Assembly: GCF_009914755.1 (NCBI RefSeq)
Contig: NC_060936.1
Length of the DNA: 64,000 nucleotides
Direction: 5' to 3' (one strand)
Source of the DNA: the human T2T-CHM13v2.0 reference genome, Homo sapiens
Within the stretch, counting starts at the first letter, position 1. Each line of letters begins with the position of its first letter. The notes under the pieces are model-generated. The model ran no database searches. It saw only the letters and a list, made by a program, of their open reading frames with translations, and was not told where the DNA came from. The translations under genes and the position numbers were made by a program. Below, in pieces: positions 15,001 through 28,829 of this stretch.

Positions 15001-16418
15001 GACTTACCTGTCAGGTAGCAGAAGTTGCCCTTGAAGAGAAGAATAGAAACAGCACGGTTTAGTAGCACCTGAGGCGAAGGCTTGTGAGCTTCCCTCAGGT
15101 CCGAGATGAAAGCCTGGATACTAAACTAAAATCTGGATCTGACTCCCACCCACCTCTCCAGTCCCACCTCTAACATTCTCTCTCCCCTGCTTCATCCACA
15201 GAATCTTCCGTGTTCCTGAAACCTGCCAAGCTCTTTCAGCAGAGGCTATTCCTTCTGCCTTAAATGCACTTCCATCCCATCCCCGTTCATCATCCGGCTG
15301 GCCCTACTCAGCCTTGCAGCCTTGCAGTTTAACGACACTCACTCGTGGAAGCCTCCCCTGATCCCCGGCTAGATTAGGCATCCCTGTCCCCTCACCATTG
15401 CTGCTCCCCTGTTGTAGATTTCTGTAGCATTCTGAACTTCCACTTTGCAGCTCTTAACATTGTCATAATCGGCCCTTTTATATCTGTGTTCCCAGCAGCC
15501 TGGGTGTTCTATGAGAATGGAGATCTTGGACATCAATTCATCCGTTTCCTCGTTGCCCATCACAGGGGGTGAGCACTCAAAAAATGTTTCTGATTGGATG
15601 AACAGAAGGAGGAATGACTCTTGAAGATACAGAGTTGGAAGTTGTCCTAGGGGAAAAGCCATAGTTTCTATATATTTTCAAGGCTTCCTTCAAGGATCCA
15701 GAGCCAACTTTGCAGCATCAGAAAAAGCAGAAAAGAGCTCTGGACCTCAAGGTAAACGTACCTGTCCCTGAATCTTTCCTCCCTCTTGGTTGACCCTGAG
15801 AAAGCTGCTTAACTTAGCTGGACCATGTTGTCCTCATTTACAAAAGGAGAAGACTCAGACTCCACCTTCCCCAAAGGTTGTTACAAAGAAGACCATGCCC
15901 CTTGATACCTTACCAGGCTCTAAGCCATACTGGAGTTCGGGTGGACCTTTTTCATTAATCAATGATATGCTGATCTTGTGATGACTGAACTCAAATAGGA
16001 ATTAGAAGTTTGGGGAAAATACTTTCCTTTCTAGAGCCTTGATTTTCCCATTTATAACATTCAAAGAAATTTCTAGGAGAGTAGTTTCCAAGTTGAGTTT
16101 TAAGGAGGAGGTGTCTCAGGGGCCACTGTTGTTAGGGAGTGGAAGGAAGGGGAGACCCAGGGGATGGGAAACCAGGCCCCCAGGCTCCATGTAACCCACA
16201 GTGATTCCACTTTTATCTGCTCATTCATCTACTGAGGTTTTAGACAGGATTCTTTTAGAAGAGAGGTTTTATTGCTAAATAAGAAGAAAGTTTTAAAATG
16301 CCAATCTAGAGAAATGGTTTCTGACTTGGATTTTATGCACCCATGAAATTAATAAATAGGGGACTACCTAGAGTTAGCAACTTTTCTTTCCTAGTAAGGA
16401 CACTAAATAGAAACCATC

Positions 16419-16738
<320 letters not shown>

Positions 16739-17702
16739 TAGCCATTTATCATTATCATCATTTCATTTTTAAAAGACATTTAACACCAAAAAAGGATGCA
16801 GGATATGATCTTAAACTAAAAGTTTGTTTATTAAGTGCACGAACATACTTTATGGAAACACTCACTACATTGCCATTATTTTCTCAGGTGGTTGGCAGTT
16901 GGTGAAAATCATCACCAGGTCCTAACCCTGGTCTGCAGACTGGTCTCTGTATCCTAATTCCATGAGTGCTTGTTAAATAGCCCCCCGATTCTGGGCCCAG
17001 CCTCAGAGACAGGGATCAGCAGGTATAAGATGGGAAAGAGATTCAAATGCAGTGGATCCACAGAACCAGCATTTAGGAACCGCCAGAGCCTCCTCTCACT
17101 CTAAATCTTAGGTATGGGCTTGACAATTTTATTCTTAACACTACCGCACGATGCCTGACTTTGCAGATCTCCCATAAGCATCTGTTGAATGAATGAATGA
17201 ATGATCCTTGGATGGGGTGTGGCAGATGTTTTAGGCCCTCTGGACAGCTGTTGAAGCCTCCTCTTTGGCCTTGTCCCCACAGGCTGATCTGTCTGTCGTC
17301 CATCCCAGGAAGCACAGTTGTGTATGTAGTTCTTGCCTGCCTGGCCACTCACTGTCTCCACCTCTGCAAATGTGGATTCAAGGGGCTGAGCAGCTGCCTT
17401 GGTGCCAGTTTGGCTGAAGATATAGCAAGCAGACCAGATAATCTGACAGTAATCAGTGTGTTAGTAAGCAGGAACAGCACTGGTGAATTATGGCCCTAGC
17501 GAGGCCTCTGCACCTGTAAATTACATGGATCATATCACAGTCTAAAACCTGTTTTTATTTCTAGGGCTTGGATACGGTTTGAGATGAGAAGAAAAAGTTC
17601 GCAGCATCTACATGGAAGTCATAGGTATTCAGAAAATCCTACTAGAGTTTAGCTCCACCTGTCTAGGACAGCTGCTGAATATGCAGGCTACTAAAGCAGG
17701 AT

Positions 17703-17880
17703 CAGTGGTTCTTGATCTTGTCTGCATGTTGCAATCACCCAGGGAACTTTAAAAAGTACTAACCCCTGGACCCTATCCTCCAGGGGCTCTGATGTCATTG
17801 GACCAGAGTGCAGCCTAGGGATCAGAATTTTAAAATGCATCCCAGGTGATTTGAATGTGAAAGCAAGGTTGGAAACCACT
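17703..17880. mobile_element. MER5A-like hAT-Charlie element
   Basis: CAGTGGTTCTT...GGAAACCACT termini; CCCAGGTGATT internal motif. Confidence 0.72.
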
Positions 17881-19111
17881 AGGCAAGAAGCGCTTTCTTC
17901 TTGTTTCATGGTCAGCAGAAAGCCCATGGTGAAAGTGGGGAAAAGAGGGATTCCTGACACTCTCTGAAAGTACAATCTTGAATAATCAGAAAGAGAAATA
18001 CTCATCAAACAGGTTCATGCTCCTCTTTCGAATTAATAATCATTCATATTCCCCCCTGGCCACTCCATGGGGGGACAAACAAACGAGAGCATGAATCACA
18101 GGTGCCCAACCCACAGACCAGTTGGTATCTATAGGCAGCAGTTGCTCTCGCGTGCTCAGCATCCCTATTCTGGTAATTACGTCACCCTGGTCTTTGGAAA
18201 TCCACTCCGCTTGATTGCAACCCAGTTGATTCAGTGGAGTTGATTCACTCCATGGCTTCAAGAGTGGACCAATAACTTGGGCCACAGTTGGTTAGAGTGA
18301 TCAGTTCAGGATAAACATGTATGTGTTTCCATCCATCTAATCAGAGCTAATACTGAGACTCTTTTTCTGATACACTTAGAACTGTGAAGATGGAAGTTTG
18401 GAGCAGTCAAAGGCTACTATGAAGAGGAAGCTTAACTGGGAATAAAACTCACAAGGAGAAAAACAAGGCTGTGAGATGAAGAAAGAGAAAGAATGTGTGC
18501 TGATGACACTGAGCTCCTGGATCCAGCCATTCCTGATGCCTTTATTCTAGAACTGGATTTTTTTTTAGTACATGAACCATCATGTTCACTTGTATTTGCT
18601 GAAACCAGTATGTGGTGGTTCTCTGTTACTTATATCAGAAAAAGTTCTACAAATGCAATCTTGGAGGCCTCCATGCCAGGTGTCCCTCTTTTGATAACAA
18701 TCCCCACTCCTCTGCCCAAGTTCTATGGGATTTCCCAAAGGGAAAGAAGTTAGCTAAGTAAGAAATCATCTCCTCACTATAGACCCCTGAATCCCAACTT
18801 CAACCACATACCTGCTAGCAGAATTGAGTTTACACCCATGTAGATGTCATATTGTTCCTTGGGCAAACCTCAATTTCACAATCTGCCTCCCCACCCAATG
18901 TTCCTGGAAGCAAAATCTCTAACTGTTTGGAAGGGGCTGTGATGGAACAGTGTGGCCAATCTTAGATCAACGCCTTAGTTTCTCATGAGGGCTAAGCATG
19001 AAATGTTCTCATCAAATACAGTGGGTGGAGAAGCCTCATCAAAAACCACTCTGCTTGAACTCTTCTTACAATTCCGAATACAGCACTGAAAAACAATTAC
19101 GTCTTCTGGAA

Positions 19112-19123
19112 TGTGCATGTGTA

Positions 19124-19170
<47 letters not shown>
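19112..19170 (+). repeat. (TG)n microsatellite
   Basis: About 20 uninterrupted TG units plus an imperfect lead-in; Z-DNA-prone. Confidence 0.95.
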
Positions 19171-19172
<2 letters not shown>

Positions 19173-19512
19173 AGCTGTCCTTCAGTATCCATAGGGGGTT
19201 GGTTCCAGGACACCCCACATATACCAAAATCCAATATGTTCAAGTCCCTGATATAAAATGGCATAGTCTTCATATATTAATAACTTACACAAAGCCTCCT
19301 GTATACTTTAAATCACCTCTACATTACTTATGATACCTAATACAATGTAAATGTTATGTACATAGTTGTTATACTCTATTGTTTAAGAAATAATGACAAG
19401 AAAAAAGTCAGTACATGTTCAGTACAGACATAATTATCCATGATTTTTCAAATATTTTAGATCTGAAGTAGGTTAAATCCATGGATGTAAAATCCATGAA
19501 TACAGAGGGCCA
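19171..19512. mobile_element. MER2 / Tigger-family element
   Basis: CAGCTGTCCTTCAGTATCCATAGGGGGTTGGTTCCAGGAC...CATGAATACAGAGGGCC termini. Confidence 0.75.
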
Positions 19513-20989
19513 GGGCTATTGTCTTGCAAAGCTGAAAATACTTGTTATTTGGCCCTCTGCAGAAGCAGCAGCTGAACCTATCCAGCCATTTCCAGCCCAT
19601 AACATGCAGTATCAGCTCACTGGGTCCTCGTGGCAGCTCTGCGAGGCCGGGAACACTTACATCAATTAGTCCCATTTTATAGATGGACAAACAGACAGGT
19701 GAGGCGGCAGCCCAAGGTGACCCTACCGGGGCTCGCAGCCTCCCAGAAAGAGCTACTGCAGGACAAGGTGCTGTTTCCTAGGGTTTCCAGAGAAAGCTGC
19801 AGCCAAAGCCTGGAGGGTTTGGGGAATAGAAAATAAATACTCCAGCTGGAAGCAGGCCAAGGCAGGCCAATTAACCCCGGGGATCCAGGACCCCAGGCTT
19901 GTCATGATGGAGTCAGCATCGAGTTTCTTCTGAAGGGGCGCACCAGCACCCGCCCTACAGAGCTCCTCCTCTGCCATCTGCCCCCTCCTCCTCACTCCTC
20001 AGTATTTAGCATCAAAGCCCCGGCATTGCTCCCAAAGAGACAGATGCTCTGACTTCTGAAGGGGCTTAGTCTTCCCTCCCTCCCGCAGTCCCCCAGCCAC
20101 CACCTCCAAGTCCTCTCTGTCAGCGGCAAGGGTTTTTAAGGAATGCAGCGCAGAAGGGCTGCCAGTGTTCATGAGGCTGTGAAGGGTGGATGATTACAGC
20201 CAGCGGGGAGAGGAGAGGGAGAAAGAGCCAGGGAGAGGCAGAGACAGAGACAGAGATGAGAGACATGGTGACCAGGAGAAAGAAAGACGGAGAGGGTGAA
20301 AGCCACACAGAGAAAAGAGAGAGGAAGACAGGGCTCAAGGAAGAAAGTAACAGAAAAAGAGACTGGATGATCCAGACAGACAGACCTGAAGACAGATGTG
20401 ACGGAGGAAGAGAGTAAAGAGAGTAAACAGAGGAGGGTTTTACTCTCCCTGTTAAGGTAGGAGAGAGTGAAGGGCGAAGAAGCTAAGTGCCCACCTCCGC
20501 CTGCCTGGTCATGCCCTGACTTTTAGCAAAGGAAAGAATGGCTTTAACAGAGACCTTCAACAGAGCAGCATGGGACACGGTAGAACACTTTTCACTTTTA
20601 TCCCCGGCCAAGAAGAATTTGGCCTGAGATGAAAAGCAGGGTCTCAGATCCTGCCCACAGACTGATGGGGCCAAGCCTCAGAGTGCAGGTGTGTGCCAGG
20701 AGCCAGCACGGGCCCAGGGTGCCATGGGTGGGAGGCTGTGGCACGTCCACGCAAGGCCTTGGAAGCAGCCTGTTATTTGGAGAAGGAAGAGTCCCTCCAT
20801 TCAAATGAGTGACAAAGAGGTAAATCCCCAAGGTGAAAATCCAAGTTATCAAAGCTACATCCTAGGGGCATAATCATAGCCGGGAGAACAGGCTTTTGTG
20901 GCATGTTAGTGATGCTGGAGATCAGGGGAGGGGCCAGGAGCACAGTCCTAAGGATGAGAAGGAAGTCTGACCCATCCGTTTTTGTTCTA

Positions 20990-21264
20990 ATTTTTAGTGA
21001 CAGAGTCTCACTCTGTCGCCCAGGCTGGAGTGCAGTGGCGTGATCATAGCTCACTGCAACTTCAATCCTGCTGCCTCAGCCTCCTGAGTAGCGGGGACAA
21101 CAGGTGCACACCACCACGTCTGGCTTTTTTACCTTTATTTTTTTGTAGATATGGGGGTCTCAGCACATTGCCCAGGCTGTTCTCAAATACCTGGGCTCAA
21201 GCAATCCTCCTGCTTTGGCCTCCCGAAGTGCTGAGATTACAGATGTAAACCACCACACCCAGCC
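20990..21264 (-). mobile_element. AluJ
   Basis: GATCATAGCTCACTGCA and CTGGGCTCAAGCAATCCTCC, AluJ-type. Confidence 0.88.
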
Positions 21265-22020
21265 TAACCCTGTCTTTTTAAAGACAAAAGTTCCAGTTAC
21301 AAGAATCAGCAAGGGACATACCATTTATGGCAGGTCCAATGGCCACAAACTGGTGGCCCCATATATATATTGCTTAACCTGTGATGGTTTTTATAAAAAA
21401 CATTTTACTCCATTGCCAATATTTTAAAAATTTTGAGATTACCTACAAAAATCTAGATGTCTGGCTTCTCTCAGAAAATTTGGATAATGTGATGACAATT
21501 TTTCCCTTTCCCATAGAGCAATGACTGACTTGGACTGGACGTTGACTGCCTTCTTTAGAAGTGGAGGAGGAGGTGATCTCCTGTTTGCCACAATCTTCAC
21601 CACCCCCACCATTGTCCGACACCAACTGCATCCTTCATCTCTGATGACCCCTAACGTCCTCAATCTGGATTCACTGAGTAACCATTGTGCCCCTAGCATA
21701 AGGCATTGGGGCTTCATTTATGCATTCAAAACATACTTGTTCAGAGCCTATAATGTAGCAGGCTATGGATATGAGGATATGGCAGTCAACAGAAAAGATA
21801 AGATATTGCCTTTACAGAGCACAGTCTTGTGGATGGGACAGACCATAATCCTTAACATTTCATTTCCTACAGTCTTCACCATAACCTTGCCAGGAAAGTA
21901 TTGCTATCACTGTATACATCAGGAAACTGAGGCTTGAATATTTTCTTATGCTTAGTGAGGTAGGTGCTTGTGTTTAGGGGTGTTACTGAAAATATTTAAC
22001 CACCCTTATGGGCTGGCATG

Positions 22021-22181
22021 GGCCAAATAGAAACATATCCAACCAATCACGCCAAGCCAATGAGGAAATATGCTCAGCCAAACAGAAAATATGCCCAGCC
22101 AATCAGAAAATAGGCCTGGCCAATCAAAATATACACTCAACCAATCAGAACACACACCCAAAAACATGCCCAACCAATCAG
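22021..22181 (+). repeat. Degenerate 21-bp tandem repeat carrying CCAAT boxes
   Basis: Unit approximately AAAATATGCCCAGCCAATCAG. CCAAT at 22043, 22057, 22099, 22120, 22141, 22174; CCAAA at 22023 and 22078. Confidence 0.85.
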
Positions 22182-23278
22182 ATTGAACAGTGCTACAGAT
22201 GCGCAACAGCTGAATGTCTACGCTGCCTGTCTGTTTGCTGTCTTACTAGGCAGGGATAATGATACTTTGTCCATCTGAACAATTTCTGGTTTCCAAATGG
22301 TGATCACACACCTCCCAACAATCAACAGTTTTGTGAGGTATGCAGATGGCATCAATATGCACATTTGCCAGATGAAGAAACCAAGGCTCTGAAATGTTGA
22401 GTGATCTAACAAGAGCCAGACAGCCAGGGGTAACAGCCCTGGAAGGAAAACCAAGATTTCCCAACTCCTGGACCAGAGTTTTGCCTGCATCCTAGAGGGC
22501 TTCTAACCAACTCGACTGCAAGTTCACTGAGGTCAGGGACTGTAACGTACATTTATTTGACTCCTCCCTGATACTCAGTATCTTATTTTACATTTCAGAT
22601 GTTCAATCAATACTGATTGCTGCATTCAGGTATGCTGTAGGGTGGGGCGATATCCAGCAGAAACCAATGAGGATTAAAGCTGACCTAAATCCAAACACCA
22701 TACAACAGTATCAACAATCACAACACTTAGGTACTGCTTCCTTTGCAGCAGGCATAGTGCTTAGGATCCTTTCATTTCATCCCAATAATCAATCCATGAG
22801 AAAGGGATATGATGCCCAGTTTTAAAGATGGAGAACCTGAGGCTTGGAGCTGGTAAGTAATACAGGGCAGAGATAAGATCTGAACCCAGGCTTGTCCAAC
22901 TCTCAGTTGCCTGCCTGGCCAAAGCCAGGATGCCATGGCTTTGCCCTGGGAGTGGGGCTGAGTCTCTACTTGGTACCATGATTAACTCTCCCTAGAAGGC
23001 TATGTGCTTCCTAGAGGAGTGTCAGGGGATGGGAGAAAAAAGAAACTCCTTTCCAGGGATCACTGGGGAATACAGCCCAACAGAAACAGAGAACTGAAAT
23101 GGTTTTCTGTACAATGGTAGAGACACAGCCTGCTAATTCAGGTCATGAACTGATCTGGCCTGGGGTTGGAGGAGTGCTCCTCAAAGTCTTTGAAGACAGG
23201 GACCCCACATTATTCATGCTTGCTCTAGTGAACACTGATTGTCAGCCTCCCCAGCATTCATTCTCTCTTTTAAGCAAA

Positions 23279-23702
23279 TGTCATGGTTAATACTGAGTGA
23301 CAACTTGATTGGATTGAGGGATACACATTATTAATCCTGGATGTGTCTGTGTGGGTGTTGCCAAAAGAGTCAGTGGGCTGGGGAAAGCAGATCCACCCTT
23401 AAACTGGTGGGCACAATCTAATCAGCTTCCAGGGAATATAAAGCAGGCAGAAAAATGTGAAAAGGAGAGATGGGCCTAGCCTCCCAGCCTACATCTTTCT
23501 CCCGTGCTGGATGCTTCCTGCCCTCAAACATACAACCATACAACTCCAAGTTCTTCAGTTTTGGGACTAAGACTGGCTCTCCTTGCTCCTCAGCTTGCAG
23601 ACAGCCTATTGTGGGACCTTGTGATCGTGTAAGTTAATATTTAATAAACTCATATATATCTCCTATTAGTTCTGTCCCTCTAAGAGAACCCTGACTAATA
23701 TA
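23279..23702 (+). mobile_element. 5' LTR, MLT2A (MLT2A1-like)
   Basis: TGTCATGGTTAATACTGAGTGACAACTTGATTGGATTGA...GAGAACCCTGACTAATATA; TATAAA at 23437; AATAAA near 23643. Confidence 0.9.
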
Positions 23703-23794
23703 GATTTTGGTACCAGGAGTGGTTTTAGAGGAATAGAATATTAAGGATGGAGTTCTTTCATTGATTTGGGGGTTTCTGGAGTTGGCTGCTTAAT

Positions 23795-25800
23795 ATGATT
23801 AGACCCAAAAATGCTAAGGACTCTACTTCTAATAGTATAGAGAACACTGATAGTCCTTGGCATGAACTGTTTAGAGAATTATGCAAAATAAATGCATTTG
23901 AGACTCCTGATTCACTGCTTATGAAAGGCAAGGAGTTTAGTGACGCTATACATAATACCTTTGACCATATTTGGAGACCCAAGGAACACAATGAAGCTGG
24001 TTGGCTGCTCCTAAGTTCAGTAGACAAAGTGATGAAATAAAATTATGAAAGAAATTATGAACTCAGGGATTCTGTCTCCCAGCTTCAGAAACAGATACTG
24101 AACCTCAAATCTACTAAGATTGCCCTGAGTGAGTCTTATCTCCTGTAGAGAAAGAGCTGAAATTGTGGAAAAACAGACATAAGCTCTTACCATGTGAGTG
24201 GCTGGCTAACCTGCAATGAAAGGTGCATGCACAGCCTCACCAGGTGTTTACTGTTAAAGTGAGGGCATTGATTAGAAAAAAATGAGACCCTGAAATTTGG
24301 AATGGGGATTTGTGGGAGGACCCTGATGAAGCTGGGGACATTGAGTTTGTAAACTCTGGTGGACCCTTTTTGCCAGAAGGAACAACTTCCCCATCCCCAG
24401 AAATGGCAACATCCCCTCCCCAACCCATGCTGCCATCAGCCTTTCCACCTTTGTCTGAGGGGATAAACCCTGCCCTGCCTGAGGCAACAGTGATGGCCTC
24501 CTCTGAGGCAGTTGCCAGGCAAAATAATGTTGATTCTCCTCAGGAGCCACCCCCAATACCCCTGTTTGCTTCTAGACCTATAACCACACTCAAGTCCCAG
24601 AGGGTCCCTGGAGGTGAGGTTGAGAGTGTGACCCATGAGGAGGTGCACTACACTCTAAAAGAACTGTTTGAGTTCTCCAATTTATATAAACAGCAATCTA
24701 GAGAACAGGCATGGGAATGGATATTAAGGGTGTGGGATAATGGGGGAAGGAACACAGAGTTGGATCAGGCTGAATTTATTGATTTGGGCCCACTAAGTAG
24801 GGACTCTGCATTTAATGTTGCATATTGGGGAGTTAAAAAAAGGTTCTAATAGTTTATTTGCTTGGTTAGCCGAAATATGGATTAAAAGATGGCCCACTGT
24901 GAGTGAGTTGGAAATGCCTGATCTCCCTTGGTTTAATGTAGAGGAAGAGATCCAAAGGCTCAGGGAGATTGGGATGGTGGAGTAGATTAGTCACTTTAGA
25001 CCTACTCATCCCAGCTGGGAGGGTCCAGAAGATATACCCTTGACCAATGTCTTACGAAATAGATTTGGGAGGGCAGCACCTACATCTTTGAAGAGCCCTG
25101 TAATTGCTCTTCTCTGTATGTCAGATCTAATGGTAGGAACCACAGTCACTCAACTACAAAATTTACATACAAGGGGAATAATTGGATCCCAAGGTGGCAA
25201 GGGCCAAGTGGCAGCACTCAACTGTCAAAGGCAAGGTGAGAGTAGCTACTGTAATGGACAGCAAAGGCAAAGTGGCAATCAGAATACTCTGACTCTAAGT
25301 GAAGTAACTCAGGAATGGAAAACCAAACATTGTATGTTCTCATTGATATGTGGGAACTAAGCTATGAGGACGCAACGGCATAAGAATGATACAGTGGACT
25401 TTGGGGACTCAGGGGCAGTGTGGGAGGGGGGCGAGGGATGAAAAGACTACAAATATGGTACAGTGTATACTGCTCGGGTGATATGTGCATCAAAATCTCA
25501 CAGATCACCACTAAATAACTTACTCATGTAACCAAATACCACCTGTACCCCAATAACTTATGGAAAAAATAAAAATAATAATAATTTAAAAAAGAATACT
25601 CTGACTCATGTAGATCTCTGGCATTGGCTAATTAATCACAGTGTTCCTAGAAGTGAAATTGATAGGAAGCCTACTGCATTCCTACTTAAATTATACAAAT
25701 GGAAAATTTCTAGGTAGGATGGACAAAAGGCTAATTTGAATTATAAAAACAGAGAATCACAGCCCCTCAGTCAATTTCCAGACTTGAGCCAGTTTACAGA
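23795..25800 (+). pseudogene. HERV-L gag remnant (family related to mouse Fv1)
   Basis: Fragments MIRPKNAKDS..., EQAWEWILRVWDNGGRNTELDQAEFIDLGPLSRDS, and others; several stops, frameshifts and an L1 insertion. Confidence 0.85.
25296..25592 (+). mobile_element. 5'-truncated L1PB1-like 3' end inserted in HERV-L gag
   Basis: L1PB-type 3'UTR and A-rich tail flanked by the 15-bp TSD AGAATACTCTGACTC (25281-25295, 25593-25607). Confidence 0.9.
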
Positions 25801-25899
25801 ACCAGAACCCTTTGAATGAAGGGGAGGCTGGGTCCCTTGAGGAAGGACCCCACTACATTACAGACAATTTATGCAGTGAATCTTTCTCCCATCCTTCCC

Positions 25900-28720
25900 C
25901 AAGGACACCTCCAGCCTTTTAACGGGGTAACTGTGCACTGGGGAAAGGGAAATGATCAGACATTTCAGGGACTACTGGACACTGACTCTGAGCTGACACA
26001 TTCCAGGGGACCCAAAAACATCACTGTGGTCCTCCAGTTAAGGTAGGAGCTTATGGAGGTCAGGTAATTAATGGAGTTTTAGCTCAGGTCTGATGTACAG
26101 TGGGTCCAGTGGGTCTCCGGACTCATCCTGTGGTCATTTCCCCAGTGCCAGAATGCTTGATTGGCATAGACATACTCAGCATCTGGCAGAACCCCCACAT
26201 TGGCTCCCTGACTGGTAGGATGAGGACTATTTTAGTGGGAAAGGCCAAATGGAAGCCATTAGAGCTGCCTCTACCTAGAAAAATAGTAAATCAAAAACAA
26301 TATTGCATCCCTGGAGGGATTGTGGAGATTAGTGCCACCAACAAGGACATGAAAGACACAGGGGAGGTGATTCTCACCACATCCCTGTTCAACTCTCCCA
26401 TTTGGTCTGTGCAGAAGACAGATGGATCTTGGAGAATGACAGTGGATTATCATAAGCTTAACCAAGTGGTAACTCCAACTGCAGCTGCTGTACTTGTACC
26501 AGATGTGGTTTCATTGCTTGAGCAAATCAACATATCTCTGGCTACCTGGTATGCAGCCATTGACTTGGCAAATGCCTTTTTCTCCATTCCTGTCCATAAA
26601 GCCCACCAGAGGCAATTTACCTTCAGCTGGCAAGGCCAGCAATATACCTTCACTGTCCTACCTCAGGGGTATAGAAACTCTCTGGCTTTGTGTCATAATC
26701 TTATTCGGAGGGAGACCTTGATTGCTTTTTGCTTCTGCAAGATATCACACTGGTCCATTACATGATGACATTATGTTGATTGGATCCAGTGAGCAAGAAG
26801 TAGCAAACACACGGGACTTATTGGTGAGGCATTTGCATGCCAGAGGATGGGAAATAAATCCAACTAAAATCAGGGATCTTCTACCTCAGTAAAATTGCTA
26901 GGGGTCCAGTGGTGTGGGACCTGTCGAGATATTCCTTTTAAGGTAAAGGATAAGTTGCTGTATTTGGCCCCTCCTACAACAAAAAAGAGGCACAACGCCT
27001 AGCGGGCCTATTTGGATTTTGGAGGCAACACATTCCTCATTTGGGTGTGTTACTCCAGTGCATTTATCAAGTGACCCGAAAGGCTGCCAGTTTTGAGTGG
27101 GGTCCAGAACAGGAGAAGGCTCTGCAACAGGTCCAGGCTGCTGTGCAAGCTGCTCTGCCACTTGGGCCATATGATCCAGCAGATCCAATGGTGTTTAAGG
27201 TGTCAGTGGCCGACAGGGATGCTGTTTGGAGACTTTGGCAGGCTCCCATAGGTGAATCACAGCAGAGGCTTCTAGGATTTTGGAGCAAGGCCCTGCCATC
27301 TTCTGCAGATAACTACTCTCCTTTTAAGAGACAGCTCTTGGCCTGTTACTAAGCTTTGGTGGAAACTGTACATTTGGCTATGGGTCATCAATGTGACCTG
27401 AACTGCCTATGTGACCCGAACTGCCTATCATGAACTGGGTGCTTTCTGACCCATGTAGCCATAAAGTGAGTCGTGCACAGCAGCATTTCATCATCAAATG
27501 GAAGTGGCATATACGGGATTGGGCTTGAGCAGGTCCTGAAGGCACAAGTAAGTTACATGAGGAAGTGGCTCAAATGCCCATGATCTCCACTCCTGCCATC
27601 CTGCCTTCTCTTCCCCAGCCTACACCGATGGCCTCATGGGGAGCTCCCTATGATCAGTTGACAGGAAGAGAAGACCAGGGCCTGGTTCACAGATGGTTCT
27701 GCACAATACGCGGGCACCACCCGAAAGTGCACAGCTGCAGCACTACAGCCCCTTTCTAGGACATCCCTGAAGGACAGTGGTGAAGGGAAATCTTCCCAGT
27801 GGGCAGAACTTCGAGCAGTGCACCTGGTTGTGGACTTTGCCTGGAAGGAGAAAGACCAGATGTGTGATTATATACTGATTTGTGGGCTGTAGCCAGTGGT
27901 TTGGCTGGATGGTCAGGGACTTGGAAGAAGCATTATTGGAAAATTGGTGACAAAGAAATTTGGGGAAGAGGTATGTGGATGGAACCCTCTGAGTGGTCAA
28001 AAACTGTGAAGATATTTGTATCCCATGTGAGTGCTCACCAACGGGTGACCTCAGTGGAAGAGGAGTTCAATAATCAAGTGGATAGAATGACCCATTCTGT
28101 GGACGCCACTCAGCCTCTTTCCCCAGCCACCCCTGTCATCGCCCAATGTGCCCATGAACAAAGTGGCCACGGTGGCAGGGATGGAGGTTACGCATTGGCT
28201 CAGCAACATGGACTTCCACTCACCAAGGCTGACCTGGCTACGGCCACTGCTGAGTGCCCAATTTGCCAGCAGCAGAGACCAACACTGAGCCTTCGATATG
28301 TCACCATTCCTCAGGGTGATCAGCCAGCTACCTGGTGGCAGGTTGATTATATTGGACCTCTTCCATCATGGAAAGGGCAGAGGTTTGTCCTCACTGGAAT
28401 AGACACTTACTCCAGATATGGGTTTGCCTCTCCTGCACACAATGCTTCTGCCAAAACTACCACCTGTGGACTCACGGAATGGCTTATCCACCACCATCAT
28501 GGTATTCCACACAGCATTGCCTCTGACCAAGGCACTCACTTTACAGCTAAAGAAGTGTGGCATGGGCTCATGCTCATGGAATTCACTGGTCTTACCATGT
28601 TCCCCATCATCCTGAAGCAGCTGGATTGATAGAACGGTGGAATGGCCTTTTGAAGTCACAATTACAACACCAACTAGGTGGCAATACTCTGCAGGACTGG
28701 GGCAAAGTTCTCTAGAAGGC
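25900..28720 (+). pseudogene. HERV-L pro-pol remnant (protease, RT, RNase H, integrase)
   Basis: LLDTDSEL (mutated DTG), [15 protein letters not shown] / TVLPQGY, YIDD codons frameshifted at ~26760, integrase HHCC (AHEQSGH..CPIC) and WQVDYIGPLP / IASDQGTHFT. Confidence 0.92.
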
Positions 28721-28829
28721 CGTGTATGCTCTGAATCGGCATCCAATATATGGTACTCTTTCTCCCATAGCCAGAATTCACAGGTCCAGGAATCAAGGGG
28801 CGGAAGTGGCACCACCCACCATCACCCCT

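Noticed and set aside
22021-22181. CRISPR-like repeat-spacer reading of the 21-bp array
   Set aside because: Spacers are related to each other, the period is too short, there are no cas genes, and the DNA is primate.
27391-27429. 17-bp tandem duplication in HERV-L pol
   Set aside because: Ordinary post-insertion slippage in a dead element.
24310-28629. HERV-L gag, RT or integrase ORFs as domesticated genes
   Set aside because: Multiple stops and frameshifts, protease DTG changed to DTD, YIDD frameshifted, integrase frameshifted before its last catalytic residue.
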